Shown here piece by piece: positions 39,691 to 49,914 of a stretch of 64,000 nt of DNA. The notes under the pieces are model-generated. The model was given only the letters and a program-made list of their open reading frames with translations. It searched no databases and was not told the DNA's origin. Positions within the stretch are counted from its first letter, which is position 1. Each line of letters starts with the position of its first letter. The stretch comes from Methanocellales archaeon. Its GTDB lineage: Archaea > Halobacteriota > UBA148 > JAUWXC01. Where the stretch lies: contig JAUWQV010000002.1 in NCBI GenBank assembly GCA_030610945.1, forward strand, positions 156,633 to 220,632. Direction: 5' to 3'. The translations under genes were made by a program, and so were the position numbers.

Positions 39691-40347
39691 AATAAATCGA
39701 TGCATGCGGCGCGGCACGCCCCTAATACTTTGTTTAGCAAATATATGCAATGGAATCTTTTTCGCCCTTATCTTGGTGTCCCCTGCCTTAATCGCGTCTA
39801 AAACGTCACCCACATCTGGCTTTGCGTTTATCTCCGTTATCGCATAGCCGACCATGGCGGCAGTGTGTGCATCAGAGCCGGCAACCATGCTCATGCCCAT
39901 GCACGCTGCAGCATTCCTTGCACGCTCATTTGAATAACCTAGGATAGACCTGGAGTTGTACACCTCGACAGCGTCTACATCCTTTGGAACGTAACCCAAC
40001 CCATGCCTGAATGGATGAAATGGGTGGGGCACGATGACGATCCCACCCAATCCCTTTATAATTTTAATCGTTTCGTCCACGGGCAAGTCGGGCGGGATGT
40101 CCTTGGTAATGCCCAACGCAACGAGATGACCTTCAGCAGTGGAAACTTCAACTCCGGGAATCACCATCAAATCCAGTCTAAGATCTCTTGCCCTCTCGAC
40201 TCCAACCAACCCGCCTTCAACTGTATTATGGTCGGTGATTGCAATGCCATGCAATCCAATCTCCTTGGCGCGTTTAAGAATCGTATCTACTGAATCATAT
40301 CCATCACGCGAAAAATTCGAATGAATATGCAAGTCAAATCGAAGCAT
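39676..40347 (-). CDS. PHP-domain metal-dependent phosphoesterase
   Basis: The ORF is 223 aa with FDLHIHSNFSRDG, ITDHNT and GSDAH motifs. Confidence 0.85.
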   Translation of the reverse strand: MLRFDLHIHSNFSRDGYDSVDTILKRAKEIGLHGIAITDHNTVEGGLVGVERARDLRLDLMVIPGVEVSTAEGHLVALGITKDIPPDLPVDETIKIIKGLGGIVIVPHPFHPFRHGLGYVPKDVDAVEVYNSRSILGYSNERARNAAACMGMSMVAGSDAHTAAMVGYAITEINAKPDVGDVLDAIKAGDTKIRAKKIPLHIFAKQSIRGVPRRMHRFISKHR

Positions 40348-40391
40348 GGTATCAATAACGTTTTGTTTTAGATGAGATATAAAACATTAAT

Positions 40392-41834
40392 ATGCGCATT
40401 TTGATAGTGACTGGACGAAAAGCATACGATTCGATAAAAAGGGCAGTTGGCGATAAGGCTGATGTCCTGTTGTTAGATGCAGATGTAGCCGCGCTCATCA
40501 CGCCTTCGCTACTACGAACGATTCCAAATATAAGTTCATACGACCTAATCCTCATTCCCGGCTTGGCATCAGGTGATTTTACATCTCTTGAGAGAGAACT
40601 CGGCGTCAAGATGCGGCTGGGGCCTAAACATGCATGCGATCTTGGCTGGGCACTACAATACGTTGATGAGATTGAATTTTCGCACACCATACCCGCGTGC
40701 CAATTGTTATCAGGCAAAAAGCGCAGCGATGCGCTGGAAAAGATTCATCGACTAGAAGAACACGCGGAGCCACAGTTCACCATTAAAGATGTAAAAATTG
40801 GTGGCAACTCCAGAATGAAGGTGATGGGTGAAATCGTGGACGCAACCCGATTAGGCGAGGAGGGTCTTCATAGAGTTGCAGAACAATACCTGCACGAGGG
40901 CGCAGACATCATCGATCTCGGAATCTCCATGGATGCCACTCCTGCTGAAGTAAGGCGTGCTGTCGAGACTGTTTCCTCTTTAGGCGTTCCAATCAGCATC
41001 GATACTCTGGACCCGAATCTAATTTTGGCAGGCGTTGAAGCAGGTGCGGATATGGTGCTCAGCTTGAACGGTAATAACATCAAATCAGTGGGCTGGGCAG
41101 TCGCATCCCAGGACATGGCAGCTGTGGTGATACCGGATGATGATTTCGAAAGCCTGTGGAAAAACATAGAGATTGCCCAAGAGATTGGAATCAAGAAAAT
41201 CATTGCAGACCCGATTCTCGCCCCAATAGGGCATGGATTCGTCGATTCACTAACATCCTATCATAAATTTAGAGAGGCGAGCGATTTACCGCTGTTCTTC
41301 GGTGCGGGAAACATCACAGAACTGATGGATGCCGATTCCATTGGTATCAACGCAACTCTGGCAGGCATAGCCATGGAGCTTGGCGCCAGCATACTATTCA
41401 CACCCCAATACAGCGACAAGGCAAAAGGAAGTATCAAGGAACTTAAGACCGCTGCCCAGATGATGCTTCTTGCTAAAGAGAGAGGCACCGCCCCCAAGGA
41501 TTTGGGATTTGACCTCCTAGTTATCAAGGAGAAGAGGCGCAGGGAAGATAAAATAGAGGTTGAAAATCCTGTTGAAGCGACACGATATAAAGAATGGACA
41601 CAGGACCCCGGGGGGTGCTTTAGAATTTCACTTCAGGATGAGAAAATCGTCGCCATGCACGAGGAAAAGGGCGTAACCATAACTGGCACCAGTGCCAAAG
41701 CCGTGTTTGATACCATACAGGATTTAGGATTTGTATCTTTGACTGAACATGCCGCTTATCTGGGGCGAGAATTGATGAAGGCAGAATTGGCCTTAAAATT
41801 CGGAAGAAGTTATATGCAGGATGATGTGTTTTAA
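40392..41834 (+). CDS. Dihydropteroate-synthase-like pterin-binding protein (methanopterin pathway type, with a C-terminal extension)
   Basis: The 480-aa ORF has a pterin-binding TIM-barrel region (GADIIDLGISMD, ISIDT, GAGNITELMDADS). Confidence 0.8.
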   Translation: MRILIVTGRKAYDSIKRAVGDKADVLLLDADVAALITPSLLRTIPNISSYDLILIPGLASGDFTSLERELGVKMRLGPKHACDLGWALQYVDEIEFSHTIPACQLLSGKKRSDALEKIHRLEEHAEPQFTIKDVKIGGNSRMKVMGEIVDATRLGEEGLHRVAEQYLHEGADIIDLGISMDATPAEVRRAVETVSSLGVPISIDTLDPNLILAGVEAGADMVLSLNGNNIKSVGWAVASQDMAAVVIPDDDFESLWKNIEIAQEIGIKKIIADPILAPIGHGFVDSLTSYHKFREASDLPLFFGAGNITELMDADSIGINATLAGIAMELGASILFTPQYSDKAKGSIKELKTAAQMMLLAKERGTAPKDLGFDLLVIKEKRRREDKIEVENPVEATRYKEWTQDPGGCFRISLQDEKIVAMHEEKGVTITGTSAKAVFDTIQDLGFVSLTEHAAYLGRELMKAELALKFGRSYMQDDVF

Positions 41835-41919
41835 TCTGGGCGTTAATAACTTAAATATGAATGAGGGCGTATATTATGACGGAAAAGAATAAGTATACTC
41901 ATTGATACTATCCAATGCA

Positions 41920-42035
41920 CCCGCCTTAACTCAGCCTGGTTAGAGTGCGCGGCTGTAGTTTGCTAATGCGCCCTTTAGAGCGCACATTACCGCGCAGAAA
42001 CCGCGATGTCCCCGGTTCAAATCCGGGAGGCGGGA
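41920..42035 (+). tRNA. tRNA-Tyr (GTA) with a 41-nt intron at the canonical 37/38 position
   Basis: - Acceptor stem: CCCGCCT/AGGCGGG, with the C1:G72 Tyr identity pair.
- D stem: ACTC/GAGT.
- Anticodon stem: CGCGG/CCGCG with loop CTGTAG.
- Intron: 41959-41999.
- T arm: CCCGG-TTCAAAT-CCGGG.
- Discriminator: A. Confidence 0.8.
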
Positions 42036-42065
42036 TCTGGCCTTAGCTCAAAAATACAACCCCTT

Positions 42066-42138
42066 GCCCGGGTAGTGTAGTGGCCTATCATGAAGCCCTG
42101 TCGAGGCTTCGACTCGGGTTCAAATCCCGACCTGGGCG
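42066..42138 (+). tRNA. tRNA-Asp (GTC)
   Basis: - Acceptor stem: GCCCGGG/CCTGGGC.
- Anticodon arm: AAGCC-CTGTCGA-GGCTT.
- T arm: TCGGG-TTCAAAT-CCCGA.
- Discriminator: G. Confidence 0.9.
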
Positions 42139-42181
42139 TTTGCATATTAGCGTAGCATTGTCTCAAGTTTTTCCTTAGTAT

Positions 42182-42274
42182 AGGATCAATGGTTATTGTG
42201 ACGTCTTTGGTTTTCACCCTTGTGCACACGCTTTTAACACCAAACGAGTCGAAGGCAACCAAGTCTATTTTCAT
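42182..42274 (-). pseudogene. Possible N-terminal remnant of an MBL-fold hydrolase gene
   Basis: The first 31 codons or so (MKIDLVAFDSFGVKSVCTRVKTKDVTITIDP) look like the start of an archaeal metallo-beta-lactamase-fold protein. The similarity then ends. The rest of the track ORF runs antisense through tRNA-Asp. Confidence 0.3.
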
Positions 42275-42399
42275 ATACCTCTACCTACAATGTGCAGCTT
42301 TCAACAGAAGTAATCATTGTTTATCATATTTGTTACCAATATTGTATTCATATATGATATAAGAACCCATAGCCTTATATAATATTGTAATCAATCTTT

Positions 42400-42474
42400 T
42401 GTCAGACATATGTCATGCCAATACCAGACAAAACGCATACGTGTGGCATACGCAAAAATGACATGTGTCAGACA
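42400..42474. promoter_or_regulatory. Imperfect 17-bp inverted repeat (TGTCAGACATATGTCAT / ATGACATGTGTCAGACA) upstream of cdrS-ftsZ
   Basis: The arms lie at 42400-42416 and 42458-42474 and match at 15 of 17 positions. They flank a direct GCATACG...GCATACG pair. A TATA-like TTATATAA lies at about 42374-42381. Confidence 0.4.
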
Positions 42475-42497
42475 AGCGTCATACAAGGTGGGAGTAT

Positions 42498-42674
42498 ATG
42501 GAGCGAATAACAATCAGGCTCCCGAAACAACAGATAGATATGGTCGGCTTAATGGTCGATGCGGGAGAGTTTCCGTCCAAGAGTGAAGCAATCAGGGCGG
42601 CTGTTAGAGGTTTAGTAGATGATAGGAGTGATAAACTCCTGAATAAAATAGAGAAAATATCTGCATTAGCATAA
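42498..42674 (+). CDS. cdrS: Ribbon-helix-helix (CopG-family) regulator, CdrS-like
   Basis: [16 protein letters not shown]...[13 protein letters not shown] is an RHH fold pattern. The ATG at 42498 is preceded by GGTGGGAG. The gene lies 15 nt upstream of ftsZ, the conserved cdrS-ftsZ2 arrangement. Confidence 0.7.
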   Translation: MERITIRLPKQQIDMVGLMVDAGEFPSKSEAIRAAVRGLVDDRSDKLLNKIEKISALA

Positions 42675-42689
42675 AATAAAAAGAGGGGG

Positions 42690-43784
42690 ATGGGGATGCA
42701 ATCTATAGTAGAAGAAGCGTTAAAATACGCTGAAAAAGAGCGAGCGCAAACTGAAGACATTAACGATTTTGATGAATTCGGACAACCACAAATAGTAATC
42801 ATAGGATGCGGCGGAGCAGGGAACAACACCATTAACAGATTGTTCAGCATGGGTGTCGAGGGTGCAGAAATGATAGCCCTAAACACCGATAAACAACACC
42901 TAGATGCCATCAAGGCAGACAAAAAAATCTTAGTCGGTAAGTCGCTTACCAGAGGGCTTGGTGCTGGTGGCGATCCAGATGTTGGAAGGCGTGCAACCGA
43001 ACTCGCAAGAGGGACGCTGGAAGACATATTGAAAGACGCTGATTTAGTCTTCCTCACGGCAGGCATGGGCGGAGGAACCGGAACCGGTGCGGCGCCAGTA
43101 GTTGCAGAGGTTGCTAGGAAACATGGCGCCATTGTCGTTGGAATGGTATCAACTCCATTTAGGGTAGAACGAGCCAGAATGGTTCAAGCCGAGGAAGGGT
43201 TAGAAGACCTAAGGGATGCTGTAGACACCGTGATAGTTCTGGATAACAACAGGCTCCTGGAATATGTGCCAAACCTTCCGATAGAACAGGCATTCTCAGT
43301 GATGGACCAGCTGATTGCCGAAACTGTCAAGGGCATATCCGAAACGATTACTCAACCATCGTTAATCAACCTGGATTTCGCTGACATCAAGACAGTAATG
43401 AGTTGTGGTGGAGTTGCGGTCATGCTGGTTGGCGAGACAAAAGGGCAGGACAAATCTGATGATGTCGTGCGAGCAGCGTTGAATCATCCATTGTTAGATG
43501 TTGATTACAGAGGGGCAGCCGGTGCACTGATTCACATAACTGGTGGACCTGACCTGACGCTGAGCGAGGCGGAGAACATCGCACAGCAAATCACGTACGA
43601 ACTTGATCCAAGGGCGAATGTGATCTGGGGCTCGCGGATTAACCCTGACTTTGAAGGCAGAGCCAGAGTGATGGCCATCATGACAGGCGTGCAATCAGCA
43701 CAAGTACTTGGGCCAACGAGAATGCTGGATATGCACGGAGCGCCCGAGGCACAAGAGAAGCGGCTTATCGACATTATTCGATAG
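42690..43784 (+). CDS. ftsZ: Cell division GTPase FtsZ (FtsZ2-type, judged by synteny with cdrS)
   Basis: The ORF is 364 aa with GCGGAGNN, the tubulin signature [13 protein letters not shown], and NLDFADI. Confidence 0.95.
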   Translation: MGMQSIVEEALKYAEKERAQTEDINDFDEFGQPQIVIIGCGGAGNNTINRLFSMGVEGAEMIALNTDKQHLDAIKADKKILVGKSLTRGLGAGGDPDVGRRATELARGTLEDILKDADLVFLTAGMGGGTGTGAAPVVAEVARKHGAIVVGMVSTPFRVERARMVQAEEGLEDLRDAVDTVIVLDNNRLLEYVPNLPIEQAFSVMDQLIAETVKGISETITQPSLINLDFADIKTVMSCGGVAVMLVGETKGQDKSDDVVRAALNHPLLDVDYRGAAGALIHITGGPDLTLSEAENIAQQITYELDPRANVIWGSRINPDFEGRARVMAIMTGVQSAQVLGPTRMLDMHGAPEAQEKRLIDIIR

Positions 43785-44721
43785 CACTCTCTTTTTTCCC
43801 TTTTTTATTTTTTAAGTCCCCTAATAGCTTACAGGCTTGACATGTTGTAGCGAATGTGGGCTCTCCACACACGCTGCATTGCTTGAGTTCAACTTGCGGC
43901 AATCCTTCTTCCAGCAAGCCCAACATCTTATAAAAGCCACTCATTATTGCATACATGGTGCCAGGGTGCCTATCCTCAAAATCGTTTAATATGCACTCTA
44001 CTTCTCCCCTGAGAGACAAATCCTTGTAGGGACATTGAGTAAAATCTACAGGCAGATTCTCAACCCGCGCGTACAGGGCAATCTCTGCCTCTGGAACATC
44101 TCTCAGCGGCTTAACCCTGGGCACCAATCCTGGGCGGGGCCTCATGGGAACTAATCTCACCAGCCTGTCCACGTCCCCCCGCATGACGTTCATCAGTACC
44201 GATTGTGCCTCATCATCCAGATTGTGCCCTGTTACCACCTTGGTGGCGCCCAACGCTTGGGCAGTCCTGTTCAGAAGCGTTCTCTTGAGCACAGCACAAA
44301 AACTGCATGGGAATTTGTCCTTTCTCACCTGCACTATTTGGTTCAGCGTCCATCCAAAACTCTCGTCGAATGACACTATGGTATGCGGCACATCAAGCTC
44401 TTTGCACAGGGATTTCGCTGCCCTGATTGTCTTCTTGCGATATCCTCTTATCCCCTCGTCGACCGATACCGCCATTATCGAGATGTCTGAGCGGTTGCCA
44501 AATAGTGAGTTCAATACGTGCAGCGCAACCATGCTGTCCTTCCCTCCGCTCAGTGCAACCGCGATGGTGTCGCCTCTTTCTATCATTTTGTATTTCCGCA
44601 TGCTCCTCTTGATCTTGCGTTCTACATCCTCTTTGAGATGCGCGCCACAAAGATGCATGCCAGAATACCTTTGGTAGACAATCGACTTGCGGTTACACTT
44701 ATCGCATTTCGTCTCCATCAA
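43774..44721 (-). CDS. ncsA: PP-loop ATPase tRNA 2-thiolation protein (NcsA/Ncs6/TtuA family)
   Basis: The ORF is 315 aa with an N-terminal Zn finger (CDKCN...LCGAH), the PP-loop ALSGGKDS, a central CSFC and a C-terminal CSVCG...CQAC. Confidence 0.88.
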   Translation of the reverse strand: MMETKCDKCNRKSIVYQRYSGMHLCGAHLKEDVERKIKRSMRKYKMIERGDTIAVALSGGKDSMVALHVLNSLFGNRSDISIMAVSVDEGIRGYRKKTIRAAKSLCKELDVPHTIVSFDESFGWTLNQIVQVRKDKFPCSFCAVLKRTLLNRTAQALGATKVVTGHNLDDEAQSVLMNVMRGDVDRLVRLVPMRPRPGLVPRVKPLRDVPEAEIALYARVENLPVDFTQCPYKDLSLRGEVECILNDFEDRHPGTMYAIMSGFYKMLGLLEEGLPQVELKQCSVCGEPTFATTCQACKLLGDLKNKKGKKESAIE

Positions 44722-44754
44722 AAACTATCTTTATCATGATATGTTATAATTGAT

Positions 44755-45990
44755 TTGGAGCGAGTCATGCGGTCCAGAAAGAGGAAATATCTCATCGTTG
44801 GCGTAGACCCGGGCACGACCATGGCGGTTGCAATACTCGACTTGAAGGGTAAGCTGCTAAGCCTATCCAGCTCCAGATCGATTTCGCTCTCGAGCATAGT
44901 AGAGCATATAGCCGCACACGGACGGCCACTAATCATAGCCACAGATGTAACTCCACCGCCAGCCATGGTAGAGAAGGTCAAGAGAGCGTTTCATGCAGTC
45001 CTGTTTTCCCCAAGAGGGTCGCTATCTATCGACGAAAAAATCGCTTTGACAGAGTCTTTTGAGTGTTCCAACGACCATGAACGGGATGCGTTGGCTGCTG
45101 CACGCATGGCATACAAAGACTGCAAAAACAAGTTTGCTCAAATTGAAAAGAAAACTCCCACTGGTATTGAGCCGGATGAAGTTAAAGCGCTGGTAGTTCA
45201 AGGCGTCTCGGTGAACTCTGCCATCACCCAGTTATCTGCGGTGCCTGAGAAGACGGTTGAAAGGGTCGAAAAAACGAAGGAAGTAGACGAACGAGTACAA
45301 ACGTTACAAGAGACGGTACATCGTCAAAAAGACCAGATCAACAGGCTAAGAGCCTATGTTGAGGAGCTACGATCTGAGTTATCCGCGAGAGACGATGAGA
45401 TTAAACGACTTACTAGCAAGACAGACAGAATGACGTTGAGAGAGTTAAGAAAGTTGGCGAAGACGAAAGAAATCAGGGTACGCAACGAAAGAATCAAGCG
45501 ACTAAGAGAGAAAGTAAAGGAGTTACAGGATACGATATCTTATTTGTCTCACCAAATCGAACAACTGAAGGGTATTAGAGCGCTGGAAACCTCTCATACC
45601 AAACCTGTAAAGGTCATATCCTCCTTTACCAAGGATGCCATTTTAGATGCTGACGCAAAATACGGGTTGAAAAAGGGAGACGTAGTTTTTTTAGAAGATG
45701 CCAGTGGCGGCGGAAGCGTTACAGCCAAAATGTTGGCAGATAAGAGCATAAAGGCGGTCATCATCCAGAATGAGATGTCTCACTCCGCCACGGAAGAATT
45801 TCACGCGAGCAATGTCCCAGTTTTCACGACTGAAGAGATTTCAATTCATAGAGTTGATGACTTAGTAGCTATTGACCCTGATGCCCTGGATAAAGCGATT
45901 ACTCGATGGAGAGTACGCAGCGAGAAGACAAAAATTAGAAAGAATGTCACGTTTTTAGAGTCCATCCTTGAAGAATATAGAAGTAGAAGA

Positions 45991-46005
<15 letters not shown>
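44755..46005 (+). CDS. DUF460-family protein (RNase H/RuvC-like N-terminal domain plus coiled coil)
   Basis: The ORF is 416 aa. LIVGVDPGTTMAVAILDLKGKLL...PLIIATDVTPPP is typical of DUF460. Confidence 0.8.
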
Positions 46006-47205
<1,200 letters not shown>

Positions 47206-47226
47206 ACACTTATAACAATTTCTAAA

Positions 47227-48051
47227 TCAGATAGTAGGCGCCATCTCAACGATTTGCAACCCATCTTTATATATTCGCACAATCCCGCCACTTTGGGATA
47301 CTGTAACGGCAATTGCCTGCGTATCCCTGGTTATCGCTGCAGACGCTGCATGCCTTCCGCCAAGTCCTGTTTTAACATTGATACTACTTGCATCTACATC
47401 CAGATACATTCCAGCTGCCATGATATGCCCATCCGCTCTAACGACAAATACGCCATCCAACTGTGCAAAATTTTTGACCGATTCCCAGTTGTCAGGATTT
47501 GTTATGTCTCTATCTTTCTTTTTATGCCCTTTGTAGGGATTCAAAACCATTTGATGCGAACGCTTAAGCACCTCGTCTGAGTCGCCGATGATGAAGGCAG
47601 TGCCAATTTTTCTGCTCTCCCGCCCTTCATATCCCAGTTCCAGAGCCAGTTTAAGAACGTTTCTAATCACCCTTGCATTTATCCTGATGTCTTTATCTAT
47701 GCCTCTGATTATTAGGGATTCGCTAACGTCGTACACCATGATTGTGTCAGCATGCTCGCCGCCAATAACGCCCACCACCACATCACTTGCCTTTATGCTG
47801 CCCTCAAGATATGCATCCATTACGGCATGCCTCAGTTGATTGGCACTAGTGGATGCTCCGGAAAGCAAATTGACTGCCATGTCGTCCTTGATTATATCAG
47901 CGCCCCCGCCTACAGACGCTACTATTACCGGGATGTCGGTTTTGATTTTTTTCCCTGACCCATCATCGACTACGATGATTGCGGCAGCGCCAATCTCCTC
48001 TGCCAGTTTCACTGCAGCGTTACTGATGGCTGTTTTTACGTTTCGCTTCAT
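47227..48051 (-). CDS. dacZ: Diadenylate cyclase (DAC/DisA_N domain, archaeal DacZ-like)
   Basis: The 274-aa ORF has a C-terminal DAC domain with GTAFIIGD, DGVFVV and GGRHAASAAITRDT..AVTVSQSGG motifs. Confidence 0.85.
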   Translation of the reverse strand: MKRNVKTAISNAAVKLAEEIGAAAIIVVDDGSGKKIKTDIPVIVASVGGGADIIKDDMAVNLLSGASTSANQLRHAVMDAYLEGSIKASDVVVGVIGGEHADTIMVYDVSESLIIRGIDKDIRINARVIRNVLKLALELGYEGRESRKIGTAFIIGDSDEVLKRSHQMVLNPYKGHKKKDRDITNPDNWESVKNFAQLDGVFVVRADGHIMAAGMYLDVDASSINVKTGLGGRHAASAAITRDTQAIAVTVSQSGGIVRIYKDGLQIVEMAPTI

Positions 48052-48127
48052 CCTATTGCCCGTTTAGTATTATCATCGGTTAAGATATATAAGAGGTGTG
48101 TGACCATACAAGAGGCGTATAAGGATT

Positions 48128-49393
48128 GTGTTGGGGATACCAATGAGCAAAACAATGACAGAGAAGGTTCTTTCAAAGAAGAGTGGTACAGATGTTTTCG
48201 CAGGTGACCTGATCATTGCTCCAGTAGACCTGGTCTTTGCCCATGATGGCACTATGCCGCTTGCAATACAGCAGATGGAGTCCGGATTATCGAAACAAAG
48301 CGTATTCGATCCTAATAGGGTTGTAGGCGTATGCGACCATGCATCACCCTCTCCGAGTGAAAAAGTGTCCAACGTTCATAGTTTCATGCGTAAATTCGCC
48401 GTTGAGAATAATTTGCAATTTTTCGAGAACGGCGATGGTATATGCCACCAGATAGTAGTAGAGAGATTTGCCGCCCCATGGAAAGTCATTATAGGGGCGG
48501 ATAGCCATACCTGCACGCATGGTGGACTTGGTGCGTTTGCAACCGGCATGGGCTCTACTGATGTAGCAGCGATTATGGCCTATGGAAAAACATGGCTCAA
48601 GGTACCGGAGTCGTTTAAAGTTGAGATAACAGGCCAGTTGCCAGAGCACGTGCATTCCAAGGATGTAATTCTGCATGTAATCGGAGAGATAACGGCAGAT
48701 GGTGCGACGTACATGTCCATGGAATTTCTTGGCGACGCCGTAGAGAGGATGAGTCTCGCATCGAGACTGACGATGTGCAACATGGCAATTGAGGCGGGCG
48801 CTAAAGCGGGAATGTGTCAAGCTGACGAAAAAGCCAGAGAATTTTTGGAATCTCATGGCAGAGGCAAAGAGTACGCACCGCTTGCTCCGGACAAAGGGGC
48901 AACGTATGCCGATGAAATCATCGTCGAAGCAGAAAAAATTGAGCCAATGATTGCATTTCCGCACAAGGTGGATAACGTCGCCCCTGTGACGCAGTTCGAG
49001 GACGTAGAACTCGATCAGGTATGTATAGGGACCTGTACGAATGGGCGCATAGAGGATTTGCGTGTCGCTGCACAGATACTGAAGGGGAAGAGGGCCGCAG
49101 AGGGTACTCGATTGGTCGTATACCCTGCAAGCAGGGGAGTTTTGCTCCAGGCAATCAAAGAGGGCATCATGGAAACATTTCTGCAAGCAGGAGCATCCAT
49201 CGGAGCACCAGGATGTGGTTTTTGCATTGGAAGGACTGTCGCCCTTGGAGATGGCGAGGTAGCGCTCTCGACGCAGAACAGAAACTTCAAGGGGAGGATG
49301 GGCAACGATAATGCAGAAATATACCTGTGCAGTCCTGCCACTGCAGCAGCGAGCGCGATAACAGGACACATAACAGACCCACGGGGTGTATAG
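48128..49393 (+). CDS. Aconitase-family dehydratase large subunit (LeuC/HacA type)
   Basis: The ORF is 421 aa with DHASPSP, the GADSHTCTHG cluster region, and the CGFCIG and CTNGR cysteines. An ATG at 48143 is the likely start. Confidence 0.9.
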   Translation: MLGIPMSKTMTEKVLSKKSGTDVFAGDLIIAPVDLVFAHDGTMPLAIQQMESGLSKQSVFDPNRVVGVCDHASPSPSEKVSNVHSFMRKFAVENNLQFFENGDGICHQIVVERFAAPWKVIIGADSHTCTHGGLGAFATGMGSTDVAAIMAYGKTWLKVPESFKVEITGQLPEHVHSKDVILHVIGEITADGATYMSMEFLGDAVERMSLASRLTMCNMAIEAGAKAGMCQADEKAREFLESHGRGKEYAPLAPDKGATYADEIIVEAEKIEPMIAFPHKVDNVAPVTQFEDVELDQVCIGTCTNGRIEDLRVAAQILKGKRAAEGTRLVVYPASRGVLLQAIKEGIMETFLQAGASIGAPGCGFCIGRTVALGDGEVALSTQNRNFKGRMGNDNAEIYLCSPATAAASAITGHITDPRGV

Positions 49394-49394
49394 A

Positions 49395-49910
49395 ATGGAC
49401 AAAATCAAGGGAACTGTGTTGCGAGTGTTTGCAAAGGATGTTAATACAGATGAGATAATATCAGGGAAATACAAGTACGACGAGCTGGACATCAAGAAGC
49501 TGGCAGTTCATACATTCGAAGCTATTGACTCCAAGTTCTATGAAGGTGCAAAGAAGGTGAAAAATCCGATACTTATCGCCTCTGAGAATTTTGGATGCGG
49601 CTCATCCAGGGAGCAGGCGCCATGGGTCATTAAAGCATGCAACGTATCCTGTATCATCGCCAATTCGTTCGCCAGGATATTCTACAGGAATGGCTTTAAC
49701 ATAGGCATACCGCTGGTGGAGTGCAAGGACATATCGAAGAGGGTTTCTCAAGGCGACAAACTTGAGATAGATTTTAGCGCAGGAATCATTAAGAATCTTA
49801 CAAAAAACGAGACATACGAGTTTAAGCCAATCCCGGAGTTTATGCAGAAACTACTGGATGCCGGCGGACTGATGCCATACCTGCTGAAGAACAACGGCTT
49901 TGGAGAGTAG
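49395..49910 (+). CDS. Aconitase-family dehydratase small subunit (LeuD/HacB type)
   Basis: The ORF shows GENFGCGSSREQAP and SFARIFYRNGFNIG. The substrate-specificity loop reads SGKYKYDE. That is neither the YLVY (IPMI) nor the YLRT (homoaconitase) pattern I recall from M. jannaschii. Confidence 0.88.
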   Translation: MDKIKGTVLRVFAKDVNTDEIISGKYKYDELDIKKLAVHTFEAIDSKFYEGAKKVKNPILIASENFGCGSSREQAPWVIKACNVSCIIANSFARIFYRNGFNIGIPLVECKDISKRVSQGDKLEIDFSAGIIKNLTKNETYEFKPIPEFMQKLLDAGGLMPYLLKNNGFGE

Positions 49911-49914
49911 AAAC

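Noticed and set aside
42017-42274. 85-aa minus-strand ORF
   Set aside because: Most of it runs antisense through tRNA-Asp and into the tRNA-Tyr 3' end. Only the first 31 codons or so look protein-like, and these are reported separately as a possible gene remnant.
42479-43132. 217-aa minus-strand ORF
   Set aside because: It is antisense to cdrS and ftsZ. Its Ala/Ser/Pro-rich low-complexity sequence is typical of the reverse frame of a gene rich in Gly and Ala.
48344-49495. 383-aa minus-strand ORF, one of the longest in the track
   Set aside because: It is entirely antisense to the strongly conserved aconitase-family large-subunit gene. Its Cys/Arg/Tyr-rich sequence has no motifs.
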